64,000 nucleotides of DNA, from positions 7,036,743-7,100,742 of the forward strand of contig CAJINV010000002.1 of assembly GCA_905178155.1 (NCBI GenBank), in the 5' to 3' direction. How positions within the stretch are numbered: position 1 is the stretch's first letter; every line of letters starts with the position of its first letter. The DNA comes from Amoebophrya sp. A120 (lineage: Eukaryota; Protista; Dinoflagellata). The position numbers and the translations under genes are program-made. The notes beneath the pieces were generated by a model. That model ran no database searches. It saw only the letters and a list, made by a program, of their open reading frames with translations, and was not told the DNA's origin. This document shows positions 1-14,300 of this stretch, in pieces.

Positions 1-208
1 AGGTATGTCGTAGAATTTTTCACTTTTTCTGGTAGATTTTGCACAAACAAATTTCAATTTACACTTTTATCAACAGTTGGCATCCGTTTCGTTCGAGGAG
101 TAAAAAAACTGGTTTGTAAAATATGCATATTGGCGCACTTGAATTTAGATTTACATTAGACAAAGAAATCCACTTCAACAGTTTTCTCTATTGGGCTTGT
201 TGTTTCAG

Positions 209-3200
209 ATGAGATTATCTTCATCATGTATACCATTGAACAAAAACTTCGAAAACAATCTTCACTGGAGCTGTGTACGTAACCAGCAAGGCAGCTTGCT
301 CGCCTCTCCGCACGCAACTAGGTGTTTGCTTTTTGATGTCAGTACTGGAAGGATCAGATAGCTGGTCATACGAATCCGGTTGTATGCATATGCTACACAA
401 ACACAAGCACAAGTGCTCACCCGAGAGAAGTACAAGGAGCGAGCTTACAACAATTTCAATTTGATGGGCCACCATCAACTACCTGGTCGTGCTTCTTTTT
501 TGTGCGTCAACCAATATGATCCCCAGCATGTTGCCCATCACGTGCAAGAAACTGGCCTAAGAAGCGCCGTCCCATAACAACATCAACAAGATGATGGAAG
601 CTGCGTCCTGGGGTCTCCGCATGGCGGAGGAGCGCCGTGACCGTTTGAAGTCTTTTGATTTCCGGAAACAGGTGGAGCTGGACTACAACATCGAGTGCGA
701 GAAACATTTAATCCCGCAACTCGACCAGTTGCTCATTGCTTTCGGGGGGATAGGCGGAGGCGGTACATCCAATGGGCCTTCACTCACAGCCGGTGGGTCC
801 TTCCATTCCGACCCACAGCAAAACCTCAACCCGCTGCTGCAAAACCCGCGAGTGCGGGAGTGGACGGAAACTTTGATCAATTTTCTCGTCCGCGCCAACA
901 TCGACATCGCTTTTCAAGTGATTGAAGAAGACCTCACGTATTGTAAGATCATGGAACATATGCATTGCAAAAGTATCGTGCTCGTACTAATTGCAGATAT
1001 GCATGACAAATTCAATTTTCTACCTGAAATAGCATGACAAATTCAATTTTTTTCTTTGGAAAATTATTTGTAATGCATTTTATACTAGTACGATACTCTT
1101 GCACAGGATAGAACAACAATTGAGGGAGACCATCGAGCACTTGATCGCGTTACAAACGGAGTACTTCAAGGAGATTTCGTCTCTCAGGAACAAATACCTG
1201 CAGCAGTTGGACGAAAAAGCGAACATTTTCAACCCGGAAAAGTTCAACAACGAGGAGCAGTTGTACGTCCAGGAGATGGCCGAAGCGTGGAAAGCGTTAC
1301 CGGATTTCGAGAAGCACCGGGCACTGTTCCTGGATCCGAAGGAGGAGTGGCAGCAGCGGCTGAGGCCGTTATCGTTGCGGAATGACGACGAGAGCTCGCC
1401 GAACGGGGTTGGTGGTGGAGCGGGTGGGGCTGGAAGTCAAAAGAGTCTTCCTGTCCTCTCCAAACCCTACGAAGTCGACGCTTTGCCCTGGTTTTTCGAC
1501 GTGAACGGCGGGCATTTGGGGAAGAAAATTCAGGAGTTGTGCGCTCTCATGGTGGCGCACCGGGTGAAAGAGATACGAGCGCGGGATAAGGAAATGGAGG
1601 AGGCGGCGCGGAAGGCCAGGATGGCAAAGGACGACGAAGCGGTGCCTAGTTCGATGATGGACGAAAACTTGATGAAGGAAACACTGGAGGAGAACAAGTA
1701 TAAGTAACGGTTTTCGTTTTTTTATTGTGTTCTGTTCTGGTCCTGGTGTAGTTCTTTGTTCCGCTAAGAAAAGTACGTTTCTTTGTTGCATCTTTGTCGT
1801 CTCGGAGCTGCACATACGACAACAACTCACACCAAAAACAGGCGCCTCCAGAAGGAGAACCGAGAGCTCAAAGCGCAAAACGCAGACAAGGATGAGGAAA
1901 TTGCAAATTTGCAGAAGCTTCTGGAGGAACAGTCTAAAAGGATAGAAGAACTTTCCCTGGAAAACGAAGAGTTGAAGCAGAGCTCACGACGGAACTCGAC
2001 TTCAAAAACGCGGAAATCGCAGGAGATGGAACTGGAAATGGACGAGCTGAAGCGGCAAGTCGCGCAACTCGAATTCAAGAATTCGGAATTGGACCTGGAA
2101 AACGAGAATTTGAAGCAGGAACTGGAAAAAGCACTGCAGCAGCTGAAGGTCGCAATGGACTCAGATGCAGAGGCTGCAACAGCAGGTACTGTTGACGTGA
2201 TGAATGCGTTGCAACGAAGAACTTTTTTTCAGATTTTTTTGAAAACCACACGTAGGGGAGATAGCCTCGAGCAAGGCGATCTTTATTAGCATAAGCAGAT
2301 GCAGCCCTTAAAAAGTCAGCTGCGATACATAGAAGTGCCTCCCCCACGCTTTGTTTTCCACAGGTGACCCCGACGCGCGGCGGCGGTCTTTGTCCAAGAA
2401 AGAAGAGATTCAGCAGCTGAAAGAGCAGGTGGATCAATACCTGAAGATTATCAAGATGAAAGATCAGGAGATCGCAACTCTGTCAAAAGACAACACGACC
2501 AAGCAACGTACGATTGACGAGCTGATGGCGAAATTAGCCTTGATGGAGCAGATTCTGGAGAGGCAGAAGTCACAGCTGTCTGCTCTCTCCGCCGACCAGA
2601 ACTTGAACTTAATGGATGAGTTGGGCTTGAAGAAAATGGTGGACGAGCATTTGGACAAAAACTTCCACAGCATGCGAAACGTCTTTGAACGCCTATACCA
2701 GGACGCTTTTGACAAGCGCGACCGCATGACAGAGCTGCAGCAACGGTTTAGAGATCTGCAACTGGAGGGCTTGCTCGGGATTTTACAGAGTAAAAAGATA
2801 AAAGATGAATTGAAAATGAAATAAAGTGCGTTTGTTTCTCTCTTTTTTCTTGAATTTGTTTTGTGCAAGCTGTCGCGCAGTCGGTGCAAGCAGTCCACGC
2901 CGTAAAAAATTGTAAAAACAAAATCCTTCAGGTTACCCGCGGTCCAACCTGAGCCGCAGTCCGCGGGCGTCCATAGTTTCCGGCTTGAGGCAGGTGTCCC
3001 TCTCACCCTTGAAGAAGGGCGGCTTCAAGTTCATTTTAGCTCCGCTGAAGGACCACGAGAGCAGTGGTTCTGTAGAGGAAAAACAGCAATCAGAACTGCA
3101 AGCTGCATATCAAATGCAAACGTGTCTGGGTCTGGAAGAATGCAACTTGTGACGCTGCATTTGGATTGCAAAAAAATCTGTATTGCATGAGTAGCAAAGG

Positions 3201-4388
3201 GAATGCGATTTTTGCTACTCGGAGAGGGCATTTGTAATGCGGAATAGGCATCAAGAAGCCCTCAAAAGATCTGTGATGCTAGGGCACGCATCACAGACAT
3301 CAAGACTCATGCAAAACCTGCATGACAAGTCTCAGAATCTTCCAGACCCAAACACTTTTGCATTTGATACCGCACCACCCAGCACCAAACCTGTTTCCGA
3401 CGTTCCGATGAAGTTCGGCTTACTCCAAAACGGATCCTCCTCTTCCACCGCCAAGTTCACCACCCGCCCCAGGACCTCCCCAGAAACCTCCCTGGTCCAG
3501 ATTAACGTGAAAGCAAAGCAAAACTGCGAAAAGAAGAACCTGACCACCCGCCTTCCCGGGTTCCAGCAGTCCCTCTACCACAGCAGTCAAGGGACGCACA
3601 GCTGGCGCGCGGGGACCGGGAATTCGATCGAGGAGCTGGCGAAAAAAGATTTGGCAACCCAGAAATTCAATGAACAGCAGAAGGAAAAGAATCTGAATCA
3701 TGCCGCAATTAACAATTCTAGTAAAGTTGTACCGACTAAAAAGCTTTTATACAACCAAATGAAGCCGTCCGCCTCGACGATAGGCTTGTTCGACGTAAAC
3801 AGTTCTTCTCACATCGCACCAGCACCATCTCCATCGGATCCTGGATTTTTCTCTGCGTCTGCTCAGCGCATGAGCAACCAACCGCACCAGCATAACGAAT
3901 CGAGGTATTCGGATCACTCGGCGATGCCGGCGGTTTCTGATGTGGAAGAGGAAAACCAAGTATCGAGTGCAAATGTGTCTGGTTGATGTTTTCCTGGAAG
4001 AAACAAATAAACCGCTTTTGTGATGCAAAGTCTGTGCGACACAAAGATGAAGGTCTGTATTTGTATTGCATAAAGAAGCAACACATCCTGCTGCTTTTGG
4101 CCACGAGAAGGCGGCACTGGGCATGCAAGACAGGCATCGAGAATCCTCAGTCTCAGCAAGACTTGTAGCTGTGATCCACAGCTCGCATAGTTCCAGACCT
4201 TCTCTGGCGAAGGCGTACTAAATGTGCATGACAAATTCCGCAATCGATTGAGAGCCCGACATATTTGCACTCGATACCAAGGGATAAAGATCAACATGAT
4301 CACGCAGATCGAGGAACTCTTGCCGCAATCACTCGAGGAACTACTGGCACCGCATCTGCAGAAATTGCCGCTGCTGGAGGGGGAATAG
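209..4388 (+). CDS. Multi-exon coiled-coil protein, unknown function (5' end outside window or uncertain)
   Basis: ORFs 591, 1099, 1783, 2351 and 3237 join through GT-AG introns (~1704-1841, ~2186-2363, ~2789-2931) and three TIR insertions (959, 3108, 3961). Heptad-rich segments (RRLQKENRELKAQN..., EEIQQLKEQVDQYLK...). Stop TAG at 4386-4388. Exons upstream of ~580 are uncertain. Confidence 0.7.
959..1110. mobile_element. Introner / non-canonical intron, TIR family B
   Basis: TATGCATTGCAAAAGTATCGT...ACGATACTCTTGCACAGGATA; DR GAACA on both sides; removal gives ..KIMEQQLRET.. Confidence 0.9.
3108..3369. mobile_element. Introner, TIR family A
   Basis: TATCAAATGCAAACGTGTCTGGGTCTGGAA...TTCCAGACCCAAACACTTTTGCATTTGATA; DR CTGCA/CCGCA; removal gives ..SELQAAPPSTK.. 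Confidence 0.9.
3961..4276. mobile_element. Introner, family A-like (diverged)
   Basis: TATCGAGTGCAAATGTGTC...GACATATTTGCACTCGATA; DR CCAAG; removal gives ..EEENQGIKINM.. Confidence 0.88.
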
Positions 4389-5323
4389 CTGCAGTGAAGG
4401 ACGACCAATGGAACAAGAACTGCGGAGGACAAGACGGAGAAGTCGAGCTGAGTATGGTGTAGAGCTCCATAAGATGGTGCTCGTGCTGACTCCAGCGAGA
4501 CTAATTTTGACGAATACTCTGTGCACCGCACTTGCACACCAAAAATGAAGATGCTAGCTGCTTGTACTTATTTACTCTGTATGATATACGCTTGTAGTAC
4601 TACTCCATGTACTAGTACTCTGCAGGAACAGATCGCCACCCGCCTCGTGCATTCAACGAGCTCATTGTACAATTAGACTGGTCGCCCCCGCTCACATGCG
4701 GAATTTGTAAAATCAACAGCGGAATAAATGTAGCCATTATTTACAACTTATTTCGTCGTTTATCATCTTCATCCGTTAAAGCTTCGAGCGCTAAAACAGT
4801 GCGCATGCCTTGTTGTCTGTCATGTCTCTTGGTTCGTGTTTCGCCTTTTTTTTTCGTTTGTCAAAAGTACTCATAAACTTGTTGCTCATGCTTCTGTCTA
4901 TGTCCTGAAACAATGTGTCGGATGTGGATCACGCATGATCTTCTCGTGACTTCAACGCCGGCGCCGCTGCTGTCAGTGTCACGTTTTTCGGTGCCGCATT
5001 TTTTTCTTTCTTTCATGAGTTCCTGTTGCAGTTCTACATGATCTGGTTCTTGCCTATTGACCAAATAATCCGTGCCGATCTGTGCCTATGCACCTTGCGT
5101 TCTGATACTTTGGCAAATCAAAAATAATAATAATTCGTTATGTTTGGTAGTGCCTCTACGATCTATCACTGGACTTTACGCACGACCGATACGTCACTAT
5201 CCTACCGCCACCACCCTTTTTTTTGACGTGTTTTCCTTTTTTACTCTTTCGGCTTTCCTTATCCTTTTTTGCGCTTCGGCCACCCTTCGGTACAAAACGT
5301 ATCTTAAAGTTCTTAAAATAAAG

Positions 5324-8300
5324 ATGGACCTCGAACGTGATCCCTTCGCTGATATTCGCAATATGCAAACGCCGATCACCACCCCGGAAGTGTCCGCGTC
5401 CGAAAATAGCTATAGCGAAGAACTCGCTCGTAATTTTCAGCGCGGTCGGGAGACCTACAACTTGCCCTTTCCTGCTTCGACCGGGGTTTCAGCTAGTGGC
5501 TTTGGAGGAGTAGTTGGTGGTGCAGCACGACATCCACCAGGAGGGTCCTCCAGTTGTTCTTCGCGAAACACTTCCGTCTCACGGGCTCCGGCACGGAACC
5601 GGAACACCAGGGCGATTCCCGAAGAAGGCAGCCTTGACGTGCCACCGCAACTGGAAGACAGTCTCGCAGAACTGCGGGGCATCACGACGACCTCGAATGA
5701 TACAGCGGGAGCACAGCACCAGTTTAATATCGGCGGCCCGGAATCACCACCGCCCCCACTCTACCGACACGGAACCGCCGCGCGGATTACCACGGTGCCA
5801 GAAGATTTTGGAGACTTGGGCGGCTTCGTGTTGGCACAGCACGAGCAGGACAAGAACAAGGCTGACGACGACGACGAGGCGAAAAAAGCAAGTCCTTTGA
5901 TACCGTCGCTCCGCCTCCGGCAAAGCCTCAGCATAATTCCGCAGCCGGAGAGGTCTTCGAGTGTGAGGACGAACTTCGAGAATTTGGAAACGGACGGGCC
6001 GCGATTGGTGGCCAGGAGCAGCCGGAAGGTATTTGAGGAGGATATGAATGTAAGACCCACCACCAAGAACGCCAAGCCGCGTGCATCTACTTCGATAGAA
6101 AAGCAGGGACTGGAAGTGGATCTCGCCTCGAAAGAGGCCGCGCAGTTGAAGCGGAAAAGTTCAAAAGACGGCGCTGGTCTGAAGAAAGAAAAGAAGAAAA
6201 AGAAGAAAATCAACAGTGGTGATGAAGATGATGGTGAAGACGCAGATAGCAAAACGAATTCTTCGAAGACGGCACGCAAAAAGAAAACAAGGTCGTCAAC
6301 AGAAGCGCACGCAACGGTAATTCGGCAGATGAACTCTTCTGGACTAGATGCAAGCCCCGGAGGTGGTAAAAAAGAAATCTTCCCACCGGCCCGTCAGAGT
6401 TCAATGCAGTCTCCGCACGGCACCAGCAAAAAGAGGAAATCAGCCCGCGGAGAAGGAGAGCAATACGATCTTCAACCGCGTCGCGCGAAAAAGAGCAGCA
6501 AAACCCTGCCTGTGCCCCAAATTTATCCAAATCGGCACAGCCTGGAGCAGGCGAGGAACAGACAAGGACAAGACGACGGAACCACGAGCGCTGACGCTGA
6601 AGGAAAAGCAGATGTGGACAAACACAAGCTGATGCAGCAATTAGACGACCTTGATTGCACGAACAAGTCCATTCTCAAGGTGTTTCAAGAAGCGGGGGCT
6701 TTGATTGCAGAAAATATCTTCAACGATTTCAAATTTCTCGGGAATGAGTTGCTTTCTTCGCCCGTGGACAGTCATCGACCGAGGAAGCAGGCTGCTGCAG
6801 ACCAAGAGCCATGGTCGTTGTTTTCATCTGGCAGAAAGAAACTCGTCGCGATGGAGGAACCAGCTGGCCGGGACATTGGTGAACTGCAGAATGCTTTGCC
6901 TGGTGTAAAAAATTCAGCCCAGCATAATACTTTTGCCAATGGTAAAAATGACAGCTGGCCAGCAGCGGTTTCAAACAGTCTTAAGATCCCATCCAACGCG
7001 AGCTGCTTCACCCCGGGAACGATTCTCGATGCCAGCAGGAACTTTCCTACCACCAGGACCGTTCCGGATGTTTTTCCGAGCTTAATCTTAGACCCGAATC
7101 AGCACACCAGCAGTTCGTCAGCTGCCAATTGTGACGTCAACAGAAGTTTCAAAAACCTCAAAAATTTTGCACTTTCTTCTACAACATCTTCTTCAACAGC
7201 TGCTCTGGCGACCGTCAGAAGTGCGAAGTTCTCAAACGACGATCGCTTTCTGGCACTATTGACAGAAGAAGAAGTTATTTTGTACGATGCGACAGCAGGG
7301 TCCTGGGAACAGGTTGCGCGGATCGACCTCTTTCCGTCAAACACAGGGTCTGCCGTGGAAATGCCTGCTGAAGATGAAAGCACTGAAAACACCTACCGAA
7401 ACATGGAAGCAAGTAGACCAGGAGCATCTTCTTTTTCAAGAACGTTGAGCGGTAGCACTGGTGCTGGACTTTTATCACAGCAAGTGGAAGCAGTACATCA
7501 ACAAGACACCAAGCCAAGCATTGTCCAGATCGAGACGATCGAGCGCACCGTTTCTGCCGCGAGGTCCAAGTTAGGCTACGCCGCGCTCCATGGGTCCGCT
7601 TCTTCCCGCGCGTTATTTGACTCCGTCGCCAATCGTGTGCGGGTCAACTTTGCGGCGGAGTTGAGCCCTGAGCAGGACGGGGTAAGGAGAAATTTGGTGA
7701 AGCAGACGGGGAAATCGACGGTCGTCGGGCCTCTCGCGGTTGCGGTTGTGGAGGAGGAGCACGTGGAGGACGAGCATAAATGTGCTGGACCAGCACAAGC
7801 AAATTTGTCCAACGGCTGCTCTCCAAGCACCACAAAGATCATCGTTGCTGTGGCCGTTCGGCATCCGTACTGCCGCACTGGTTTACGATCCGTTGTGAAG
7901 GTATACGAGTGTAGTACTCGCGCTCCAAATATTCATCGAGGCTCTGTTCCGTGCGGATTTACAGGCGGGTCCATAAAAACAGCGAGCGACGCCTTCGTCT
8001 TCAACTACCGACACAGCATTCCTGGGGGCGACGGTTTGCATTTGTTTTGCTCAAGAAAAAGAACTGCCTCTACTTCTCCAGCTGGAACGAGTGGCACCGT
8101 TCTTCTCGCCGTCACCGACCGCTACACGATGAAAAACACGATCTACCGACTTTCATACGACAAAACGCGGAACAATTATGCGACTACGAGAAGTAATCTC
8201 TCCTACTTGGGAGCAGCGACCATGAGCAACGATTTTGCGATTTTGAAGCCTGTGTTTGCCTGGGTGGTGCACCAACCTGGCAATACATCCGCAGGCAAAA

Positions 8301-11300
8301 CGACTTTATCTGCAGCGAATTCAACCGCTGCTAAATCTTCGGTGCTAGGTGGAATAAACAGGAATAAGTACTACAACTCCACGATATCAGGCGGCGGCCC
8401 ACCTCCTAGTCTCCACCCTCCTGCCTCTCGCCAGCAGCGCGGCGCGCCGGAGCTCCAGTCGCCGTTGGCGTTTTCCCCTGCTGATTTTTGCCCGCTAATA
8501 GGACCACCTTCACAACCACGCTGGACTGGACGTGTCCACATAGCATGTACGAGGTACATTCACGAGATCGAGTTTCTTGAAGATGCTGCTCCGCCGGCCT
8601 CTAATACGTGTGACACCGACCTCCACGCCGAGGACGGCACTCCACCTGAGGACAGCTGCAAAGTTACCGAGGTGTATGCCCTTTCCCCCCGAACTGCGTT
8701 TCAACACCATTCCTGGGCGTCTTCGAACGATTTTTTTGCGTTTTCCCTCGCGGGCAATGCGACGATCTATTTGATGGAAGTCCATTCCTGGGCGATCGTA
8801 TCGCACATCTCAAGTAGCTCTGCAGGTGGAGCTGCAATTATACCGGCGTCGATTCCACCATCAAGCCAGCAGACTTCTAATGTCAGTCAGAAAAACAGCT
8901 ACAGCAGCTCCAACAATGCTACTTCTGTCAGTTTCGGCCGAGAAGGCGGCTTCCAATTCGTCTGCGGGTCTAGGTTTTTGGTGAAAAGCTGCCACAATCG
9001 GAGGCTGGGAATCTGGGACGCGAGAACCTGCACGGTGAATTTATCCAGGAAAAAACACCCATCCACATCCAATTTGTCATGCAAAACATGCATAAAGTCC
9101 ACTATTTGCCATGCAAAACATGGATGGGGATGGGTGTTTTTTCCTGGATTGAATTACGTCATTGCCGACGTGATGTCGGATTGCGCAAATGCTGTCTGTT
9201 GCAGCAGTGGGGGAGGAAGTCTTCTTCTTGGGGAAGTACATCCAAATCATTTTAAAGCTTCAGACAGCACGGTCAGCATCAGCAACCCGGGTTTAGTTGT
9301 CTGTCCCGCTCCGTCTGGGACGGAGGTGAAGGTCTTTGACATGCTATTCCGCGTGAACCGGCATGCGGTGGCTTGTTGTCCAACTGCGATAAGTTCAGGT
9401 GCTAGTAATATTTCGAGCAACCAACTACACCTAGCATCTGAATCGGCGCCGAACGGTGCAGCGGATGCGGATGAACGCTCTGGAGGAAAGAACCCACTGA
9501 AGTTGACAGATGAGAAGCAAGCCACTTTCCAAGAAGATGAGCAGCCGCAACCCGAAGTGCAGCGTGAGCCTTCGTACATTGTCGATTTTTTGCGGATGAA
9601 GCGCACGTCCTCGACTTCTACCGCAGGAACGACCAACAGGATCAGATCAAATGCCAGTGCGATGAATGAAAAAAACCGAAAGAGTTCAGGTTGTCAGAAG
9701 CTAGAACCAACAGCGGAGCATGAAAGCAAAACTCTAACTCCCTCGCCCCAAACGACGGCTTCCACCACAACGACGGTCGCTTCAAACAAGATTCCTGGTA
9801 CGAAGACGCAAAATGCCACCCGGTCTGCGCTTGCGATAGACATTCGAAATGATCACGAGGCGACTGCGCGTGCGCCGCCACCAGCAGATAAACTTCACGA
9901 AAAGGACCACCGCCACCCTACTAGCAAGAACCCTACTTTCACTACTTTTCCGCAAGAACCAGCACACGATGGCAGAAGTCCTCTACTTTCTTCTGTCCCC
10001 ATCATGAACTACAACTCGTATCCTGTGCAAAAGTATCGTACTCGTAGTAATCGCAAACATGCATTACAAATCTTGCTTTTAAGGCAAATCAGCATTACAA
10101 ATTTCATTTCTCATGCTGAGGAAATTTGTAATGCATTCATACGAGTACGATACTTTTGCACAGGATAACTCGACTGACCCAACCAAAGCCCGGATGAAAC
10201 AGCAGGAGGAGATTTGCGTGGACTTCCGGCAAAACCGCAACCAGCGACTGGAAGCGGGGAACGTTTTTTCCAAGGACGGCACGCACATAGCCTTTGGGTA
10301 CGACGACGAAGTGAAAATTTACTCCGTCACGACTTGGCAACTGTTGACCACCGCGGTCTTGGCGCCCGTGGACCCCCTGATGTCGGACGAATTTCGCTTG
10401 GTGTGCAACGATAAATGTGTGGTCGAAGAGAACGAAGAAACCAAACCAGAAAAGAAGGACGCACAGAAGGCACAGACCAATGGCGCGTGCACGTCCCCCG
10501 CACGACAGCCGCGACGGACCTTCTTCTTCCGAGACAGGAAGCAAACCGCCTCTTTTGCATCTTCGGTTTGGAGCGGAGGTGGCGGTAGAAGTGGTGCTGG
10601 CAAGACGAAAAGAACGCTGAGCGGTCTCTCTACTGTGGGAAATGGCCTTGCAAAGGAAATAAAGGGAGCTGTAGGTCGTGGCACCAGCAGTGATTCCTCT
10701 TCCACCAGCTCCAGCAGCAGCTCCTCTACAGACGAAAGCACTAACTCTTCTTCCGATAGCGAGGAACATCACCAGGACGATGTTCTTGATGAGGAGGACG
10801 ATATTTGCGAGCGCCATAATCAGGACTTTTTCCTTCTAGACTTTTCCCACGATGGACTCGTCGCAGTCGCTCACGGAATTCTCGACGCAAACTCAAATTC
10901 CGAGGATCTGCGAAAGCAGTGCATCGGAAAATCGATCGTCATTTACCGAGCTTTGAGCTCTGACGTCGCGACCGAGAAGAAGTGGAGCACGTCGCCGGTC
11001 AGGCGGGTTGGAAACAGAGGTCTTTGTCCTCGTGGTGGGGATGCAACAGCAACCGCGAATTCTACTGCGGCCTGGCGCATCGAAAAGGAAATTCCGTGCA
11101 CAGAAGATCACGTTGCGCGATACTGGAGCATCCAAGGCGCTTTTTCCTACGCGAACAGCAAGCCCTTGTTGTTTGCGGCCTGTGTCGCGGTCTACTCGAT
11201 CGTAGTCTACGCCGCACCTCCCACTGCGCCGCCCACGGGTGGAGGCGCGACGAGTTGTAAGCAGGGAAAAAATGCGGATGTGAGATACAGCAGCACGACG

Positions 11301-14300
11301 AGCAACAGTGACTGCAACTCCGGGTGGGAAGTGGTGCACATGATCGACCGCAACGAGAACATATGTCGCCCGTTTTTCAGCCAAGACGACCACTGGTTCT
11401 GTGTGCAGGACAAATTGTTCGAGATTTCCTGGGTGCAGAAGCAGAAACTGTTCGTCTTGCGCGACGAAGACACGAACAACCGGATCAGCTGCCTGGCCGA
11501 GGGCGGATGCTTTTTGAAAGCGACAAAATCCACCACGACCTTGCCTCGCGTCAGTGACGTAGCGGTGGTGGATGAAGACGACGAGGGGGCAAGAACGCCA
11601 GTGGGAGCCGGAAGCAGTGATGTTGCTGGCAGCAAGAAGAACAGCGGGGCCGGCAGCGGTTCTCTTACTGGACGTTCTCTGAGCAGAAAAAGCACGGCGG
11701 TTGTAAAGATGGCAGGCGCGTACAGGACGGGTAGCAATGTGAAGGACGGAGTGCAAGAGCAAGGCGCATCTTCGCCGGCATCGAAAATAACAAATCAGCA
11801 AGACGAGGACCAAATCAGCGCCACAATCAACTCTCTGCCCCGGCTGAGCCTCGCTGCGGCTGCGAGCTCTTTCTACCGGGATGTGCTCCTTTCCGCCCGG
11901 GTTCCAGTCCCCGGGACCGAAAGTAAGGAAGACGAGGAGAATCGCACACGGACTGGACAGCAGCAAAGAAACTCGTCTGATCAGCTGCTTGCCTCCTCTC
12001 CTACAATTCTAGCCGCGCCGCAGAATTCATCGTCTGGTAGCTTATTCGACGACAACACAACCGACGCGCTCCAGCCCACGGGGGCCCCTGCGTTAATAGA
12101 ACACGAGGAGGACCATGACCCCAGCACCAATGCGTCATCTGGTGCCGCAGTCGGCGAAGTCGACCTCGCTCCCCTATTCACTCCCGCGGAGGTGCAGCGC
12201 CCCTGTGGCCCCCCGGTACCGATCCAGCGGCGGAGCCGGGGCACGGTGTTTGTGGGCACCAACAACTTTTTGTCCTCTGGCCGCCCGCTCGCCCGCGACA
12301 GCGAAACAACCAACAACGAGCTGCAGTACGGTTCGCAGTCGGAAAAATCCTGCTTCAGCATCGGTTTGTGCTTCTCCCACGACAGCGGCTGCTTGTTGGC
12401 GTACTGCTTACAGGAGGATAGGGTTTTGATCTTTCGCCTGGACAGTCAGAAACTCCGCGCAGAGTTGGCATCGGGGTTGAACCAGTTCAGCAGTTGCGTT
12501 GACGGAAATGTAGCTCCTGGCGGAACTACCAAGGTTGAAACTCAAATTAGCGCAACCAATTCTGGCTCCGCACCGGCAGCGCAACAATCGAGCTCAACAA
12601 ACAACGATCCAGGGAGAAGCGCAACTTCTGCGGCGCAGCACACCGGACGACAGGAAGGTCGCGGTGAGCGGATCGAACCTGTTTCGCATGAAAACCAAAC
12701 GGACCACGGTCCCGGGATTTCGGAGTGCGAAAGCAATTTGAGCTGCGAGAACAGCAAGGAGGAAACAGATCCAAAGGTGTGGATATTGGAGCGGAAACTG
12801 GAAGTGAAGTGCGGCAAGAACGAAATTTTCCAGACCGAAGCACTCGGGTCCGGGCTCTTCAGCATTTCGCCCTTCAACAGCCGCTGGCTTGCGACGAGCG
12901 TGGGCCGCTACACGCGATTCTGGGACCTGTCGTATGCCCGGATTAGCACGAAAGACTACGTGGAAGATATCATCAAGCAGCAGCTCAAGAAGTCAGCGAA
13001 TTCGAACAACTCAAACAACTCGCCCACGATGAGCAATTTGAACAAATCCTGGTCTAGCAATTACTTTTCAACAACGATCGGCGGAGCTGGTGCGCAAACC
13101 CAAACGCTGAACGCCAGTAAAAGTCAGGGCAGAGCAGGACGAGGGGCGGCTGCACAAGTCCAGAATAAGCAAATGGGCGGCCTTCAACAGCAATTACATG
13201 GCCCTGGCGGAATGCTGAAGTCCAAATTTGCGACCGTGGCACAAAAAACCGCCACTGTAAATGCGACCGCGCAGAAATTTGTGCAGGCTGGTACGGGCGG
13301 AGGAGCCTCCGGCGCAGCAGTAGCGGGCACAACTGTCGTGGTTCAACAGCCGCTGCCACGACGAAAAAAATTGAACTTCGACACAAGCGCACTAGACGGT
13401 AGCAGCGCGGTAAGTGGGGCCAGCGGAGGACCACACACAATAAGAGGAGGGTTTGTTCAACAAACTTACAGCAGTAAAGCTTCGCGAAAATCCATGAAAA
13501 ACGCCGGTGGTGCACCAAACACATCCTCACAAGCGAGCCCGCAAGGTGGCTCTTCTTCTAGCACAAAGCCCCTCGAGCTGGCGTTCCTTCTGGAAACCGA
13601 TTCTAACGGACTGTTCATGCCGAGTTTGAACCCGAGAACTAAGTCCTACTACTTCGCCGACGGCAGTGGGAGAATCTACAACGGCCAGTGCTTGCCTTTT
13701 CTTTACTGCCCCGGGACGCCGAAGCAGATGGGACAGCTTTTGAACAACACGGAAATAAGGGAGAAACAGCACAGCATCAGTCTATCCGAGAAGGAGCATT
13801 TGCTGAAGCGTTGGAACGCCAAATTTCCCGGCTGGGTGAACATTCGGGACTTTCAATCCGAGCACTCGGTGTTGCATTTCGTCATCACGAATCGCGAGGT
13901 GTTGAAAATGATCTTCGACATGAATTTGGAACTCAGCTTGTACGACAACGATGAGCAGAACCAGTTGCTGGACTACGAAGTTGGAGGCGGCCACAGAACT
14001 ACGGCGCAAGATGGTCTTCTTGAGGACCGTCGTGGTCGCGTAGTCCTCTCTACTCAACCTCGAACGGCCGATCCTTTTCGTGAAGACACCGCCGCACGAA
14101 ACCTCCGCAGGAGGACAGCGACCACGACCGCGAGACAAGAATCTTCTCTGGCTGTTGTGATTCGGATGCAGGAGCGCGATGTGTTGGAGATGTTTGTGAA
14201 GCACATTCTAGAAAACAAATCCTCGTCTTGTTCCACACTCACCCGCGTGTCCCTGCTGCGTGTTTGGAAGGTGCTGCCGGATTTGCTGCACTGGATGCCG

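Noticed and set aside
10113-10168. Programmed frameshifts or pseudogenisation explaining the broken ORFs
   Set aside because: Each break coincides with a TIR+DR element or a GT-AG intron whose removal restores the frame exactly.
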